Source: Azolla caroliniana (lineage: Eukaryota > Plantae > Polypodiophyta). From it: a stretch of DNA of 64,000 nt. The stretch covers positions 9,548,001 to 9,612,000 of the forward strand of contig JBHGNT010000020.1 in the NCBI GenBank assembly GCA_043228905.1. Reading direction: 5' to 3'. This document shows, one piece after another, positions 62,183-64,000 of the stretch. Position 1 is the stretch's first letter, and every line of letters begins with the position of its first letter. The position numbers were made by a program, and so were the translations under genes. The notes below the pieces were generated by a model, which saw nothing but the letters and a program-made list of their open reading frames with translations, was not told the DNA's origin and searched no databases.

Positions 62183-63833
62183 CCGGGTGGTGACGAAGAA
62201 GGAAGAATAGTCGATGCTCCTGTCGGAGTTCCATGAGAGTCCCTGGTCTAGACACCAAGGAATGTGGGCCACATTCGAAAAACTAAAGGAAAGGTATTGG
62301 TGACCCAAAATGTACAAGGACGTGCACCACTTTGTAACGTCATGCGAGAGTTCTCAAGTGCACCAGGACGAGCTGCAGTCGACCTACCCGCCATTCATTC
62401 ACTTTAAATGGATGGTCGACCTGGTGATGATGCAGATAGGGGTGGGGCAGATAAGGTACCTGGAGCTCACGAGAGAAGACCTAACGAACCAGGTGGAGGG
62501 TCGGGCCTTAACAAACAAGACGACTACCACGGTTTGCAAGTACTTGGTCGACTATGTCATCTGCTAATCATGGGGAGCTAAACGCACAGGACGCGGAGGA
62601 GTTCTTTGACTGACTAGGGGTTAAGATCTCCCTCACCATGGCGTACAATCCAGAAGCGAACGGGAAGGTAGAGAGAAGTGAAAGTGCTAGTGCGAGCATG
62701 CGACAGACAAGTTGGGAACTGGATGAGGCTTCTTCCTTACGTTTTGTGGGCCGAATGAACCACACACAGTTTGGTGACCGGGTACATGTTGGCCGAACTC
62801 ATCTCTGGGCAAAAACCAATCATGCTTGTGGAGCGGACAATCTCTTCGTGGATGGTGGTCGTCTAGACAGAGGAAATGAGCCATTGGAGGAGCTGTTGGC
62901 GGCACGAATCTGACAGCTTGAGCAAAAACCAGAAGACATAGAGCGAACGACAGTGAGAGTGGAGGAGGCACAGAGGAAGAACAAGGGCCAGTTCGACCAG
63001 ACATACCGGCTCAGGCCGAACAAGATCGAAGAAGGCGACTAGGTGCTGGTCTACAATAGCAGCCTCGACAACTAGCACCGGTCAACCCAAAAATTTGCGA
63101 TGCATTGGTTGGACCTTACGTGGTGACGAGTGTGAACAACAATGCAACGTACCACCTAGCGGAGCTTGACGAAACAAGGATCATGGTACCGGTTGCGGCG
63201 AAACGGATCAAGGCCTTCAAGAAACGGCACGAAGCGGAACCGGATCCGGAGATCGAAGACGGAAGCGCGGGCGAGGGCGAGCAGTCGGATGAGGACAAGT
63301 CCGGCGGCGAGTAAAGGTCGAGCCGGAATCTCCACCGCTGCACTACTTGCCACATGTCGGAGGATGTGCGGTTTGGTGGGGGTGGATGTCATGAAGAATT
63401 CTAGCCATATGAAGAAAGAGTTGTGGATAGGCATGTGAACGAGGGTGTGAAAGTAGGCACAAAACACAAGGACCGGAGTACAAGAAATGTAAATATGTGT
63501 TTACTATTTTTAAAAGTGCTAGGTAGAGTAGTTAATGGGTACTTTATGACCCACACATACAAAGAATAAGAATAAGTTTAGATGGAGAGAACCGAGGGCA
63601 ATCTCTAGCCGAAAGGGCTATCATTTACTTGCGATGCAACGGCCTCCCCTTGTTCTATAAAAGGGGTGGCTCTAAACTGTTTTGGGGTCCACCGTTTGGA
63701 GAAAGAAGTTTTGTCGGTTTGAGACCCGATCTCTATTGTTCCCTCTGTTTTCTGTTCTGTGCTGATTTTGGGAAGAAGGTGGAGTCCTCTACTCACGTAG
63801 GAAGCCCATGTGCTCCTGACCAAAGGCATGTCA

Positions 63834-63837
<4 letters not shown>

Positions 63838-63900
<63 letters not shown>

Positions 63901-63922
63901 CGTGCGCGCGCGCACGTGTGTG
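63838..63922. repeat. (GT)n/(GC)n microsatellite inside the LTR
   Basis: Direct reading. Confidence 0.95.
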
Positions 63923-64000
63923 TAGAGCTTGAAGCTCTGCTGCCGGCCGCGACCAATTGTACTCTCTCCATGTTCTCTATTAATCATTAATTTACTAAGT

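Larger units (their letters stand above)
33857..64000 (+). mobile_element. Old Phygy-like element (copy 4), host of the whole nest; pieces at 33857-33894, 46472-46657, 61035-61457, 62187-63386; 3' LTR from 63387
   Basis: Pieces rejoin as VDTS.TGIGW|VINQED..YAQVKRELWGVVSAVKAD..EMDCL|ILGMVSG..MLRWIAYIKSLNPE..integrase..GPY; PPT context matches copy 1; LTR starts TGTCATGAAG. Confidence 0.82.

Overview
Eukaryotic, almost certainly non-seed-plant (bryophyte-like) heterochromatin made almost entirely of nested transposons; lineage names are inferred from motifs, not database hits. Contents: a possible host-gene 5' end and microsatellites (1-2.1 kb); two Ty1/copia elements of one family (6.1-9.2 kb, lacking RT/RNaseH; 47.2-60.8 kb); four non-chromovirus Ty3/gypsy (Phygy-like) elements, two of them near-identical, inverted and tRNA-Trp-primed (9.2-16.0 kb; 50.3-58.2 kb, with intact ORFs); a Sola2-type DNA transposon with an intron-containing transposase and a convergent multi-exon accessory gene (18.3-31.4 kb), split by an RTE-X-like LINE; a Tcn1-like chromovirus (33.9-46.5 kb) carrying a nested iMet-primed chromovirus; and several solo or partial LTRs. 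Most interesting: (i) the Sola2 accessory gene plus intronic AGTACT arrays, resembling the VANDAL/VANC anti-silencing layout; (ii) antisense tRNA-like Pol III A/B boxes in the LTRs of two unrelated Gypsy lineages; (iii) a -1 frameshift pseudoknot after the protease, supported by covariation; (iv) CpG-centred 4-bp target sites; (v) a probable self-priming PBS and a templated LTR duplication. All counts and alignments were made by eye.
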